Source of the DNA: the human T2T-CHM13v2.0 reference genome, Homo sapiens
Strand: one strand, 5' to 3'
Length of the DNA stretch: 64,000 bases
NCBI RefSeq assembly: GCF_009914755.1
Contig: NC_060929.1
Shown: positions 52,536 to 64,000 of the stretch, piece after piece
Layout: every line of letters begins with the position of its first letter
Position numbering within the stretch: the stretch's first letter is position 1
Notes under the pieces: model-generated
Told to the model about the DNA's origin: nothing
Databases searched by the model: none
What the model saw: the letters and a program-made list of their open reading frames with translations, nothing else
Made by a program: the position numbers and the translations under genes

Positions 52536-54125
52536 ACAAAACAACTTTTTACTTTCCCATAAAAAGAAACTAGTGATTTTCTTTCATAAAATAAACTTTT
52601 TCTTCCTCTTTAGATGGAAAGAGAGAGACAGAAGATGCAGTGATATGTTTTTAAGTTAAAGTTCGCATTTCGCCAGTTAAATTGAATCCTGGATAACATA
52701 TAAAATTCTTTTTTTTAAATTTGAATAATAACCTCTAGTTAACTGCCTGATTTTCTCTTTATTCATGTTAATAAATAGCACATAGTGTTTTGAAACAAAT
52801 AATAATCAAATATTTCAATTTAAAAATATGATATTTTTAATTCTTTTCGATTCTCTGAAAAATGTATATGTACTCCAATTATTGTTAATTCCCTAACAGT
52901 AGTATATAGATTTTTAATGAAATGCTTATAAAAATATATCTGGACTAAAAATATAAATATATATTTCAAATAAAATTACAGAAGTGTTTAATCATGGTAG
53001 TTTTTCTTAGAAAAACATCTCAATTATATTTCTGCAGAATATTTGTTTGAACATGTATCAATAGTAAATTTGAACAATATTATCTTTAAAAAGAAAGCAT
53101 TCATTAACATTTAAATGAATGAGAAAATATTTTCTGACTTTTATACACAAAGTATTCTTCCAAATTGTTTGCATTATAGCAGTTGAATTATTACTTGGAT
53201 AAGATATTTGGTGAAATAATTTAAAATATGCCTCAAATTAAATATCACCCCCTTAGAATATATGTGGTAAAGAAAGTCTGATTCATAAAAAGTTAGAGAA
53301 CAAAGCTTTCATATAATTTCCTTTCTTCTTTCATACAGGTTTAAAAAATATCTATTCCTTCTATAAACTTTTCTAGGGAATTTGGCAACAAAGGTAGTGG
53401 ATAGAACACAAACAAGTATAGCTCCACCTATTCAGGTGACATCTCATTTGTTCATGCTAATTAAAAACCTTCCAGTGAAACAAATCCAGGCCATGTACAC
53501 AGAGTTCCTAGTCAACTTTTCCATTCAAGTTATCATGTCATTGGGCCGACAGACATATTTCAAAACAGCGTAGGAAAGCCAATCTGACTTCCTAGGTTAA
53601 TGAAAGCTCTCCTTCAGTTAAAATGGAAATGGACCGTTGTGATAGTAGTGAGGCTGTGCCTCTTTGATATAAGGGAGAATAATTGACTGAGGGTCTTGAC
53701 TGCTGCACTCTAAAATCCATTGCTGTATTTCTCTTTCCACACGCTGCTACTATTTGATGACTGAGTTTGGTTAGGATACTAAGGTATGCCCCTTCCTGGG
53801 AGATGTGGGATTCCTCTGTCAGAATTAATTGAACTTGCTGAACTGTCCTTAGAAATGTACTGCAGCTTAAAACACTTCCACCTAACTATCCTTCTTCCTG
53901 TCTTGCTTTTTGTCTTTTCTCTCTCTTTCACGAAGGATCAGATTGCCATCGTGGTTTTCATGGGTCTCCCAGACCTTCTGTTCCCTCTTAGTTTTCTCTC
54001 AGTGATGTTTCTCAGACGATCTAGACTAACATAGACAAAAAGTGTGTATACACACACACATACTTTGGTTGTTTTCAGCTTTTGTTGATAAAGAACAAAG
54101 CTACTAAAACATTTTTAAGGAGGCA

Positions 54126-54163
<38 letters not shown>

Positions 54164-54446
54164 TGTGCACGTGTGCACATAAGTTCTCAATTCTCTTGGC
54201 AAATATCTGGGAGTGAAATTACTGGGTCATTTGTCAAGTTTATATCTTACTTGTTAAGAATCTACCAACTTATGTTCCAAAGTGTCTATATGATTTTACA
54301 TTCCCTCCGCCAGTGCTTGAGGGTTTCAATTTATCTACTTCCTCACCAAAAACTATATATATATATATATATATATATGTAAAATATATATATAATTATA
54401 TATGTATATATAATGTTTTATACAATAAATTAAAAGTAGATTCTAT

Positions 54447-54568
54447 TATGCATATATTTTATTTTATAAGATATATATTTATGTATATATTTTATTTTAT
54501 AAGATATACATTTATGTATATATTTTATTTTATAAGATATACATTTATGTATATATTTTATTTTATAA
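54447..54568. repeat. 33-bp tandem repeat x~3.6 (ATATATTTTATTTTATAAGATATACATTTATGT)
   Basis: Direct observation; visible as YIFYFIRYTFM repeats in ORF 54313..54573. Confidence 0.9.
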
Positions 54569-54951
54569 TATAAATATTGTTAAATATATTGTTATAAATA
54601 AGTTGAAAAGTAAGTTTTATTTTAGATGTATATGTAAAATATAATTTATTTTTAACTACATGAAACTAAAAATACTTCAGTTTTTCTGCTTACTTTCTGC
54701 CAGTTATTCTTGTACCTTTTCTCTCTTTTATTTAGTTATTTTTTGTATAACAGTTGATTGAGGTAAATTTTCATTCCATAAGATACACCATTTAGAATGT
54801 TTGTAATTAAATATTTGGTAAATTTATAGAGTTGTAAGCTATCACACAATCCTGTTATAAAACATTTCTGTCACCAAAAGAGTTTCTTTGTACATGTTAC
54901 CAATCAATGCTTCCTTCAATTTCCCAGTCCCTGGTAACAACTGGGATCATC

Positions 54952-55447
54952 TGTGTTCTGATCACCTCCACTACTAATTTGGTTGGTGAAGGAGGGGTCC
55001 CTCACCTCAAATAGTATAAAATAGCTGAACACACACCACCTGATACCGCACAGATGAGACAGACTGCAGGTTATTAGTTACATATACTCACAGACTAGAG
55101 AAGGGGGACACTGGGCCATGCAGAGATGCACTCTGGAGCACAGTAAATCAGTAGGGGCTCTGGGAGGCAGGCTTTCTAGTAACAGGTGGGTAAGATGTTC
55201 CCTGATTCCCATTGAAGGTGTGACTAATTTGTTTGACTAACTTTTTGGCTGTAAGGGAAGTGAAACTGTTAGGTTGAGGACCAGGTGGAGTGTAGTTGGT
55301 CTGGCTGATACAGGAACTAGCTGTATAGGGACCCTTTCCCTTTGAATGGGGACATTTCTAGCAAGAGCAGGAGACTTACCATTAGGCCTCTGAGGACTTA
55401 GGAGCATCAAGGACATGAAGCCAGAACTTGAAATTTTATCCCATACA
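54952..55447 (-). mobile_element. Solo LTR, probably ERVL (MER76-like)
   Basis: GC-richer ~500 bp block with TG...CA ends interrupting the L1; 'ttattagttacatatactcacag'. Confidence 0.45.
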
Positions 55448-55775
55448 AGACAATTTATATCTGGCTTCTTCTACTTAGCCTGACATTTTTGAGGTTAATG
55501 TGTACCATAATATATGTACCAAATAGCACATATACCATAACAGTAGCAGTCTGTTCCTTTTTATTGCTGAATAGTATTCCATTTTATATATTTAACATAG
55601 TTTATCTATTTACCTGTGGAAGAATCTTGTGGTTGTTTTCCACTTTTGTTAATGAAGAGCAAAGCTACTAAAACATTTTAAGGAGGTATGTGTGTGTGTG
55701 TGTGTGTGCACACAAATTTTCAATTCTCTGGGCAAATATCTGGGAGTGAAATTACTGAGTCATCTGTCAAATGTA

Positions 55776-55897
55776 TTTTTTTAAATTTTACTTTACATTC
55801 TGGGATATATGTGCAGAAGGTGCAGGTTTATTACATAGGTATACATATGTCATGGTGGTTTGCTGCACCTATCAACCCATCATCTAAGTTTTAAGCC
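55776..55897 (-). mobile_element. Short L1PA8-like 3' terminal fragment
   Basis: 'tctgggatatatgtgcagaaggtgcagg...tttgctgcacctatcaacccatcatctaagttttaagcc'. Confidence 0.85.
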
Positions 55898-57381
55898 TAC
55901 TGAATTATGTTCCAAAGTGGCTACATGATTTTACATTCCCTCCACCAATGTCTGAGGGTTCCAATTTCTCTACTTCCCCACCAAAAACTTGATACTGTCA
56001 ATTTTTTATTACAGCCATCCTATTAGATGTGTACCTATATTATATTGTAGTTTTAATTTGAACTTTTCTAATGCAATAAAGTAATAAAAATATATAATAA
56101 GTAAATAAATGGGATAAAATGGTGCTCTAATTAAAGGTATATAAGCCGTCCTTTAACAAGAAAAAAATAAAGCTTTTCAAAGCCCTGGGTGGATATGGGA
56201 GCAAGGAATTCTATTGGAAATATTTATTTAATTTGTGAATCCAACTTTTATAGAACAACTTGAACAACTGGGAAAGTTTTAGAGTGTAGTGGCTTAGGGG
56301 TAGTAGAATCTTAATATCTGAAAACAAGGAATCCCTTAACAGATTGTTTGGCTCTGTTGTGAAAATTGTTCACATATTCAAATATTGTCATTCTTGTTAA
56401 TGAGTTTTTAGCTTTAGAATCATCCTAATTACAAAACATTTAGGACTTAATTATGGTTATAAAACCAAATGTAAATGCTATGAACATTGTCAATGGATGA
56501 ATTTTCCATAAAGCATTTGAAACTATTTGATTTGGACTCTTCTAAAAATAAGGCCAAAATCAAATAAAAAATAAAGTGAGGTTGGTATATAATGGAAATA
56601 TGGGTCTACTTACTGTTTTCAAAAATTTGATACTGAAATTTTCTTTCACCGCAACAATAAAATTTTATATTTCACACTACTGCTTGTTCTTTGGCAGGAA
56701 ACAACTTTTCCTTATTCTCTGGTCTGCAGGCTATTTCTCCCTGATGAGAAGGGGAAGGAGAAAGAGAACTAAAATATCTTGAGGGATTTCCAACTTTACA
56801 CAGACATTGCATTAGAGTTTCTAAATATCTTATCTCTTTAATCCTCACAATAAACCTGCTAGGAAGAGATTTATCTCTTTATTGTAGAACAGAACAGTTT
56901 TTAGTTTACCAGTTATGAGACTAAGCTAGACTCTCCCTAAGAAAATTTGCAATAAGAGAGCCATCCTCCTCTTTTAAGTATCAGAAAAAAAATTAGTATA
57001 ACTTTAATAAAAGATATTTTTACATAGATGACAAACCTTACTTTCTCTTAGTTACCTTCATTATTCAAAGAATTAATGTACAATCTCTAAGGGATCAATA
57101 GTTTATTGAATAAAAGTGGTATATTTTATTAACCATATAAAATACGGACCATTCAATAAAGCATTCATATTATCCAGTTTTCATCTTTCTTTTCCAAACC
57201 ATACTATTAAAATCAGCAAAAATGTACACAAACAAACTCATTTATATAAGAGTATATATCTTTATATTTCTCTTCATGAATTAAAATTTTAACAGGCAAA
57301 CTTCGTTTGATATGACTTGGTTGTTCTTAAATTTAGGTTTATTTTGTGATATTATTGTAGCCAAAAGACTTATGTCCTAAA

Positions 57382-57630
57382 CCAGGGGTTCAAGCTTTGG
57401 CTCAGGAGCCAAATCAAGCTTTTAGTTTTTTGTTTTGTTTTGTTTTGCTTTTTTTAATGAAGCTTTGTTGAAATAAAGCATGCTCATATATTTACATATT
57501 GTCTATGGCTCTTTTCATGCCACCACATCAGGGTTAACCCTTTGTAACAGAAAGTATTTGGCCACAATTCCCAAAATATTTACTGTTTGTTTGTTTGTTC
57601 TTTTAAATAAAATATTTGTCAACTCTTGCT
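57382..57630. mobile_element. MER58A (hAT-Charlie)
   Basis: 'caggggtt...tttacatattgtctatggctcttttcatgccacc...aaaatatttactg...tttgtcaactcttg'. Confidence 0.75.
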
Positions 57631-60600
57631 CTAAGATATTCTTTCCCTTAAGTTTTCTAAACAGGATTTTGAGTTGAACTCTTCCATGAAAATATCCATG
57701 ATTTAATACCCCCACAACTATGTGTTCTATAATGTTAATGGCTTAAGTCTTTATCCACATATATTATTGCATTTGATATCTTTCTCTGAACATACGTTTA
57801 GTTAATACAGGCACATATGTCCTGCCAATCCAACTGGATAAGGATATTTACTTGTAAGGATGAAATTTATATATGCTACTCTTGTTGAATTCTTCCTTAA
57901 TGAACAAGCATTAATGGCAGTAGATACACTAGGTACTCAGTAACATTTTTAATGTTTTTCCAAACCATGGCTTTAGGGACTTTGTACTCCTCTATCAACA
58001 TAGTAAATTATGTCAGTAAAACAAAATTACTTATGATATTCTAACAAAGCTAAGGTGTACTCTGTATTTCAGGATTCAGTGAAAATAATTAAATCACCAG
58101 TACTTTTGTTTGTATGCATAGACTTATAAAACAATCTAGATAAGAAATAACAACAACAACAACAACAACAAACTCTGTCAATATTAAGGCTTGAGACTTG
58201 CAGACAGACAACTGTGATAGGCAATATATTATCCATGAAGTTCATGATAAGGAACAAAACAAAAAAATAGAGTCACTACTCATTTATTCATTTATCCTAC
58301 TAGAAATGAGCATTCACTAAAAAATTCTGCCCCTGCCAAATAACAATCTCTTGTTTCAAGTGATTTAGTGGACTTCTTTATCATAAATGTATCTCCTTAT
58401 CTGTTTACTTAACTTTAGCTGAATTACAAGGATTTAAGTAGCTGTGAAACTTGTATTGAACAAATCAGGTAGTTGCTTTTCATAAACCATTGCAGTTCTA
58501 CCATACTCTGACCATATGATAAGACCCAGTGAAAATTTAAAAAAGAAAAAAATGAGGAAAACTAAGAAATATTTAGTAGCTTATATCTAGGCTACACATT
58601 TAATGTGAGTATAAAAATGTGTAATGGCATCCACTAATATACATTTGGCATACTGTGTATTAATCAAGTATAAACTTAATTGAATTTTAATACATACTAA
58701 ATCAGGTTATATTTAATGACTCAAGAAAAAGTCTACTCAAGTTACTACTTAATATGTAATTAACCCTTGACATCTAATTAAGAATATTTCTTTCTTAAAT
58801 TGTGTATCTCAAAACTTAGAAAAAATACTGATTGAACATTGTAAGATTTATTAATAATGTTTAGAATTAATATTTTAAGGTATACGTGAATGTTCTCTAA
58901 AGAAAACCTACTCACTATTTCAAAAAATATGAAAATGCTTTTAAAATGCATTATTCATTATTGTTTTGTATTCACAGAAAATTTTAAAAAGGAGAAAAAT
59001 CTGTAAGATAAAACCCTTTTATCCAAACACAATCCTTTCAGTTTATCAATAATAATTATTTATTAAACAATTACATACACATTCCTCATTTAAATCAAAT
59101 ATTATTAGCACTGAATATAATGAAAGATTAAATATGAACACTGCTTTTTACACTCAATTCAGAAAAAAAATCTTAATAATTAGATTTGATTGTCAGAAAA
59201 ATCCATCTTAGATCCTAATATTTCAGATAACTAAAACATATTACTACGTGTATTTCTCTAGTAGTCCAGATTATTTTAAATGATTGCTGTTACTTAGCAT
59301 CTCAATCCTGTCTGGTTTTTCTGAGTGGTTTTACATTGCCACATTGTTTAAGTCGGTTGTGTATTTAATAAAAAGTTTGATACTTTATTTCTACTCTTCT
59401 TTTATAGAAGTAATGGGCTCCAAAAATCAATTATATTTTAACATTAGTCGTAATCATTATTATCAGGCATAGCTTTTTATGTATGCATTAAGTGCTTGTA
59501 ATTATTGTTTTACCATTCACATTTTCAAATTGCCTCTCTCTTTTCCTTTCACTAAGATTAAAATTCAAGGATTTATTCTTGATCAAGATAAAAGTAATAT
59601 GACTGCCTTGTGTTCTATTATGCCTTGGGGAGTATAAGTGAAGGGCACTTGGTGTCAAATAACGACTCCTCCATTGTGTATTGTGTATTGTGCATTTATT
59701 GTATCTTCAAAAGATAAACATACACAGCATTTCACCTAATTTAACTTTGTTAGATGGTTATTTCATCTCTTTTTTTTTCTACTTATCCTCTGTGACATTT
59801 ACTGTCATAAGGAAAGTTAAAAATTAAAAACAAAAGTTACCTATGTCTCAAAAATGTGAAGCATGAACTGTTGGTGTTCTAGCATCAGGCACTTCATTGA
59901 TATGATCGCAAGAATAAAAGAAAATGTATATTTGATACTTAAGATTTAAGATGGATCACATTCTCCCATACTTAATAATCTTTCCTGGTATTATTGAAAA
60001 ACTTATGTTAGTAATTAAATAGTTAAAAATTTAATCAAGTTTAAGTAACTATGGTTTAAAGATACTTTAATATAAAGATATGTTAACTAGGTATAAAGTT
60101 GTTAGCTAGGCAAATGTAAGGGAGAGAGAGAGATTTTAAAAAATATTTCTTTTGTTGCAACTGTAAAAGGTAACTTCCATCCCAAGGGTTGGGACAAACA
60201 GGTAAGAAGTTATACTTACTAAAACTCAAAAGCTGAGATAAGTGTCCCTGTAGAATTCAAGCTCAGATATCTGAGAGTGTGTGATTCAACTACAGATATG
60301 AAGGATCTGCTCTTGCCAAGGTAAAGAGATGGTACTCCCGTGACACTCAAAGGAACTGCAAACAGAAAGGATACAAACAGGAAGACTAAAGGAAGTACAT
60401 ATGAAAAATTAGTGTCTTCCTCTAGGCTTGCAAGCTACTACTAGTGCCCTTTCTTGGTAAGGCCTAACAAGGAGCCACTTTCAAGGGAGAAATGTGATTT
60501 ATAAAGACATATCCTATGAATCACAAAGTAGAATATGGGAGGAAAGGTTTAAACTTGAAAGTAATCGATTAAAAAGTAGTCAGTCCACCTCTTTGGCTGT

Positions 60601-60639
60601 TCAGCATTCATATGCACATTTCAACACATATTTAAATGT

Positions 60640-61507
60640 TTGAAATAATCTTAAACTTGTATCAAATTTGCTAATAAAGCACAATTTTTCCCTTTGAACT
60701 AGTTGAACATAATCACAGAATGAAACAGTTACACAATACTCCATTATCTATGAATAATTTGTGGGTATGTATTTTTTAGAAACAAAGATATTTTCTAACA
60801 TAATCACCAGAATAAGAATATTAACATTGACACATTATTGCCATCTAATCCTCAGCCTTCATTCAACTTTCAACAATTGTCTTAATAATTTACTTTATCG
60901 TAAAACTATCCAGTTCAAAATAAAACTGTTTGCTTTTAGTTGTCATGTGTCTCATTTTCTTTGAAATTACTTTGACTTTCCTATTCTGTATAATTTCTAA
61001 AACTATGGAACAAGTGTTTTTGTAGAATATTTCCAGGTTTGGGAAACAATTTGAGTATGCACTTAGCTTTTTCTTTTTTTTTCTTTTTTTTTTTTTTAGA
61101 TTTTCTAATGGTTAGACTCTGACTCTAATGGTTTGGCAATAATATAACAAAAATGCTGCTATGTTCTTCTCATTGCATGCTAACCATGATGTAGAATTTC
61201 AGTGTATATGAACACTGGTAATATTTAATTTGATCTCTCAGAAAAATAGCTGTATCTGTCACTTCTTCCATGTAAAGTTACTCTATTTTCCTTTATAATT
61301 AATAAATACTTGTGGGAAGATACCTTGAAACTATGTATTAGGTTGGTGCAAAAGTAATCACGGCTTTTGTACTAAAACCGATTAATTTTGCACCAGCCTA
61401 ATACATTTCCAATTTTCATTAAATCTTTATTTTTCTATTTATTGATACAAGTATGGACTCATGGGTTTCTATTTTATTCAATAACATGTAAGCAATTGTA
61501 ATCATTT
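60640..61507 (-). mobile_element. Old L1MC4/5-like 3' fragment
   Basis: 'ttagttgtcatgtgtctc...ttttgtagaatatttcc...catgtaaagttactctattttccc...gtatggactcatggg'. Confidence 0.6.
61338..61401. mobile_element. MADE1 (Hsmar1 MITE), palindromic
   Basis: ttaggttggtgcaaaagtaatc...gattaattttgcaccagcctaa flanked by TA TSDs. Confidence 0.93.
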
Positions 61508-61935
61508 TGCTTTAGTCTGTTTCTGCTGCTTGTAGCAAAATGCCTATAACCGCGTAACTTAAGAAGAAATACATTTATCTCTTAGAGTTACATAGGCTGG
61601 GAAGCCTAAGGTTGAGGCGGTACATCTGGTGAGAGTCTTCTTGCTGGTGGGGACTCTCTGGGGCATCCTGGGGTGATAGAGGCTATCACAGAGTGAGGGG
61701 GCTGAGCATACTGGTGATATCTTAGGTGATATCTCAGTTTTCTCAATTCTTACAAAGCCACCAGTTCCTCTCTCATGATAATTTACTAATCCATTAATCC
61801 GTAATTGAATTAATCTATTCATGAGGGCAGAGCCCTCCTAATTCTATCACCTCTTAAAGGTCCCACATCTCAATACTGCCACATTGGGAATTCTGTCAAT
61901 GTGAGTTAGAGGGGACAGATATTCAAATCATAGCA
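61508..61935 (-). mobile_element. MSTC-like solo LTR
   Basis: 'cttcttgctggtggggactctctg...ttcatgagggcagagccctc...cacctcttaaagg...attcaaatcatagca'. Confidence 0.82.
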
Positions 61936-62089
61936 CATAGTTTAATTTTGAAGTTAAAATGACCCAAAGTTAATACGAGCATCTGTTTCCTTTTAACACA
62001 TATACATCATTCTTTGAGTGCATCTGTATTTTCTGATGCATCAAGATGTTCCAGGTGCATCATGTACTTTTCATGTTCATCAGAGAAAA

Positions 62090-63640
62090 GTCTTAAAATA
62101 TCAATTTGAAGTGCTAAAAATAAAACTCACGGTACCACAGGTTCCCAATTCCTTTAATAGGCTGAAGGAAATACCCAACCTGAAATATCAAGAAGAAAAG
62201 AGAGGAAATATCAGGGAAAGCAGAGCTGAATATCCATGGATCACAGAATAATATCAAATTGCTTAATATACCTGTAACCATCACCCCAGAAAAAGCAAAT
62301 ATAGATAGCAAGAAAACATTCTGAGAAGAAATAAAATATTTTATGATATAGAGAGAAAAACAACAAACAACAACTCCAATCTTACTCAATTCCCCAACTC
62401 CATTTAAGATACTAAGATAACCTTTATACCAACTCCAAACAAGATCAGTATGAGAAAAAAAAAGAACCAGTAAAAACCCTCAGTAAACACATATGCAAAA
62501 AGTCTTAAACACAAATAGAAAGTTGCATAGACAGATAAACTTATAGATATAAATATCACTGAATATCTATCTAATCTTTCTAAAGATATAAAGACATACC
62601 ATGACTTACGAAGATTTATCCAGAAATACAAAATTGATTTAACTTTAGTTATTAATCACTGTAATTCTGCATAATAGCAGATTATAGGGGAACAATTACA
62701 TGATGATATTGATCATATTTATAAGAAAAACATTTGATAATAATCAGTAAGTTTTCATAATGAAATATTATAGCAAAAAGTCATCTAATTAAAATTACCC
62801 ATAATTGAAACTTACATTAACAATTGTATTTAAATGTGAAATATGGGCAGCTTTTCTTTTTAATGAGAAAAATATAAAAATAAATTATCATGATCCCCAC
62901 TTTTTTGCAACCTTGTAATGAATTGCTAGACAATGAAGTAAAAGGAAGTACCTGTAAGATTTGAAAAGGAAGAAAACCATAGTTATTATATTTCTTGGAA
63001 AAAATAAAAGAAAAATAGCATTATTTTCAGGCAATAAGATTGTATGTATAGAAAATCCAAAATAACTTAGAGATGAATTTAGAAAATTACAAGCCTGGAT
63101 CCAAAAATAGATATATAGAATCACTTGTATTTCATATACAAACAACAATCAGGAAAGTATTTTTTAAAAAGAGGATAAAAGTAGCATTAATGTATATATA
63201 GTACTAAAAATAAATAGCAGGAAAACTTTATTGAGGAGTATAAGAGCTAAATAAATGAGAAAATATACATTTTGATGATTTGTTAGACTCAATATTGTTA
63301 ACTTATCAATTCTTTTCAAGCTATACTAAGGATCAAATGTATTCCATCTAACATTCTACATGCATGTGTGAAAACTACCTGTTCTACATACTGACAATAC
63401 TCATAAAATCTTAGTATTAGAATAGTGTATTCTTGGCACAAGGCTAGACAAATATACAAATTTTCGGACTAAAGAGTCCAGAGACAGATTTATGGTTATG
63501 TGGACACTTGATTTACAACAAAATTGACATGGCTAAATAAAAGTGGAAGACAATCTTTTCAGTTGTACTAGGAAATTGATTATCTATATAGAAAAAAATA
63601 ATTGAAACTTTTTCTCATAAAACACTCAGTTATTGAATTA
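62090..63640 (+). mobile_element. Highly degraded old L1M ORF2 fragment
   Basis: A-rich strand with ORF2-like 'gattgtatgtatagaaaatccaa', 'aaagagtccagagacaga', 'cttgatttacaacaaa'. Confidence 0.6.
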
Positions 63641-63754
63641 TAAGTAATAGGCAAAATAATAAAAAATACAAAAAAACTTCATGGAATGAGAGGATATATA
63701 TATTTATCTTTTGTGTGTATATGTGTATGTATATATATAAAACCATATATATAT

Positions 63755-64000
63755 ATTTAACCTTACAAATAATTTATTGTATATTTTGAGAACACACAAT
63801 ATTTTAAGAATATACAATAAATTATAAGTGACCATGTTCACTCTACCATGCTACAGAAAATCAGAACTCATTCCTCCTATTTAATTGTAATGTTGTATCT
63901 CCTAACCAAACTCTCCTCATTCTGTTTTCTAACTCCCCTTCCCTGCCTCTTATACTCACAATTCTTATCACTACTTTTCTGAGCTCAAATTTTATCAAGT
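63755..64000 (-). mobile_element. L1MA-type 3' end running off the window
   Basis: 'aatatacaataaattat...cagaactcattcctcctatttaattgtaa...taaccaaactctcc...ccctgcctct'. Confidence 0.7.

Larger units (their letters stand above)
54725..56070 (-). mobile_element. Old L1MB/L1ME 3' fragment interrupted by an LTR and an L1PA8 piece
   Basis: 'ataacagttgattgaggtaaattttcattccataaga...ttttattgctgaatagtattccatt...ttacattccctccaccaatg'. Confidence 0.7.

Noticed and set aside
60060-60600. Probable ancient LTR (also ~46500-47900 and ~53630-54030)
   Set aside because: Composition suggests old LTRs, but I cannot assign family or boundaries reliably

Overview
AT-rich, CpG-poor anthropoid primate (most likely human or ape) genomic DNA that is intronic or intergenic. 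I find no supportable host exon, CpG island, tRNA or rRNA. Much of the window is transposable-element fossils: a full-length inactivated L1PA7/8-type LINE-1 (minus strand, ~9190-15649), the 5' 4.2 kb of an older L1M1/L1MA element, many L1 3' fragments, two MaLR proviruses (THE1A internally deleted; THE1D near complete), solo MST/MLT/LTR16/LTR33 LTRs, an Hsmar1 mariner 3' half, a MADE1 MITE, MER20/MER53/MER58, MIR and L2. I saw no Alu in 64 kb. Nearly all track ORFs are TE remnants or chance ORFs. The most notable observations are (i) a 31-nt 3'-end U6 snRNA retrocopy with poly(A) and a perfect 17-bp TSD inside THE1A-int, (ii) a ~300-bp mini-L1 joining the extreme 5' end directly to the 3' end, (iii) an open 96-codon ORF0 homolog in the L1PA7/8 5'UTR, and (iv) several local rearrangement scars. 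I do not see evidence for a new multi-gene biological system. Subfamily names come from recalled consensus sequences and need RepeatMasker/Dfam confirmation.
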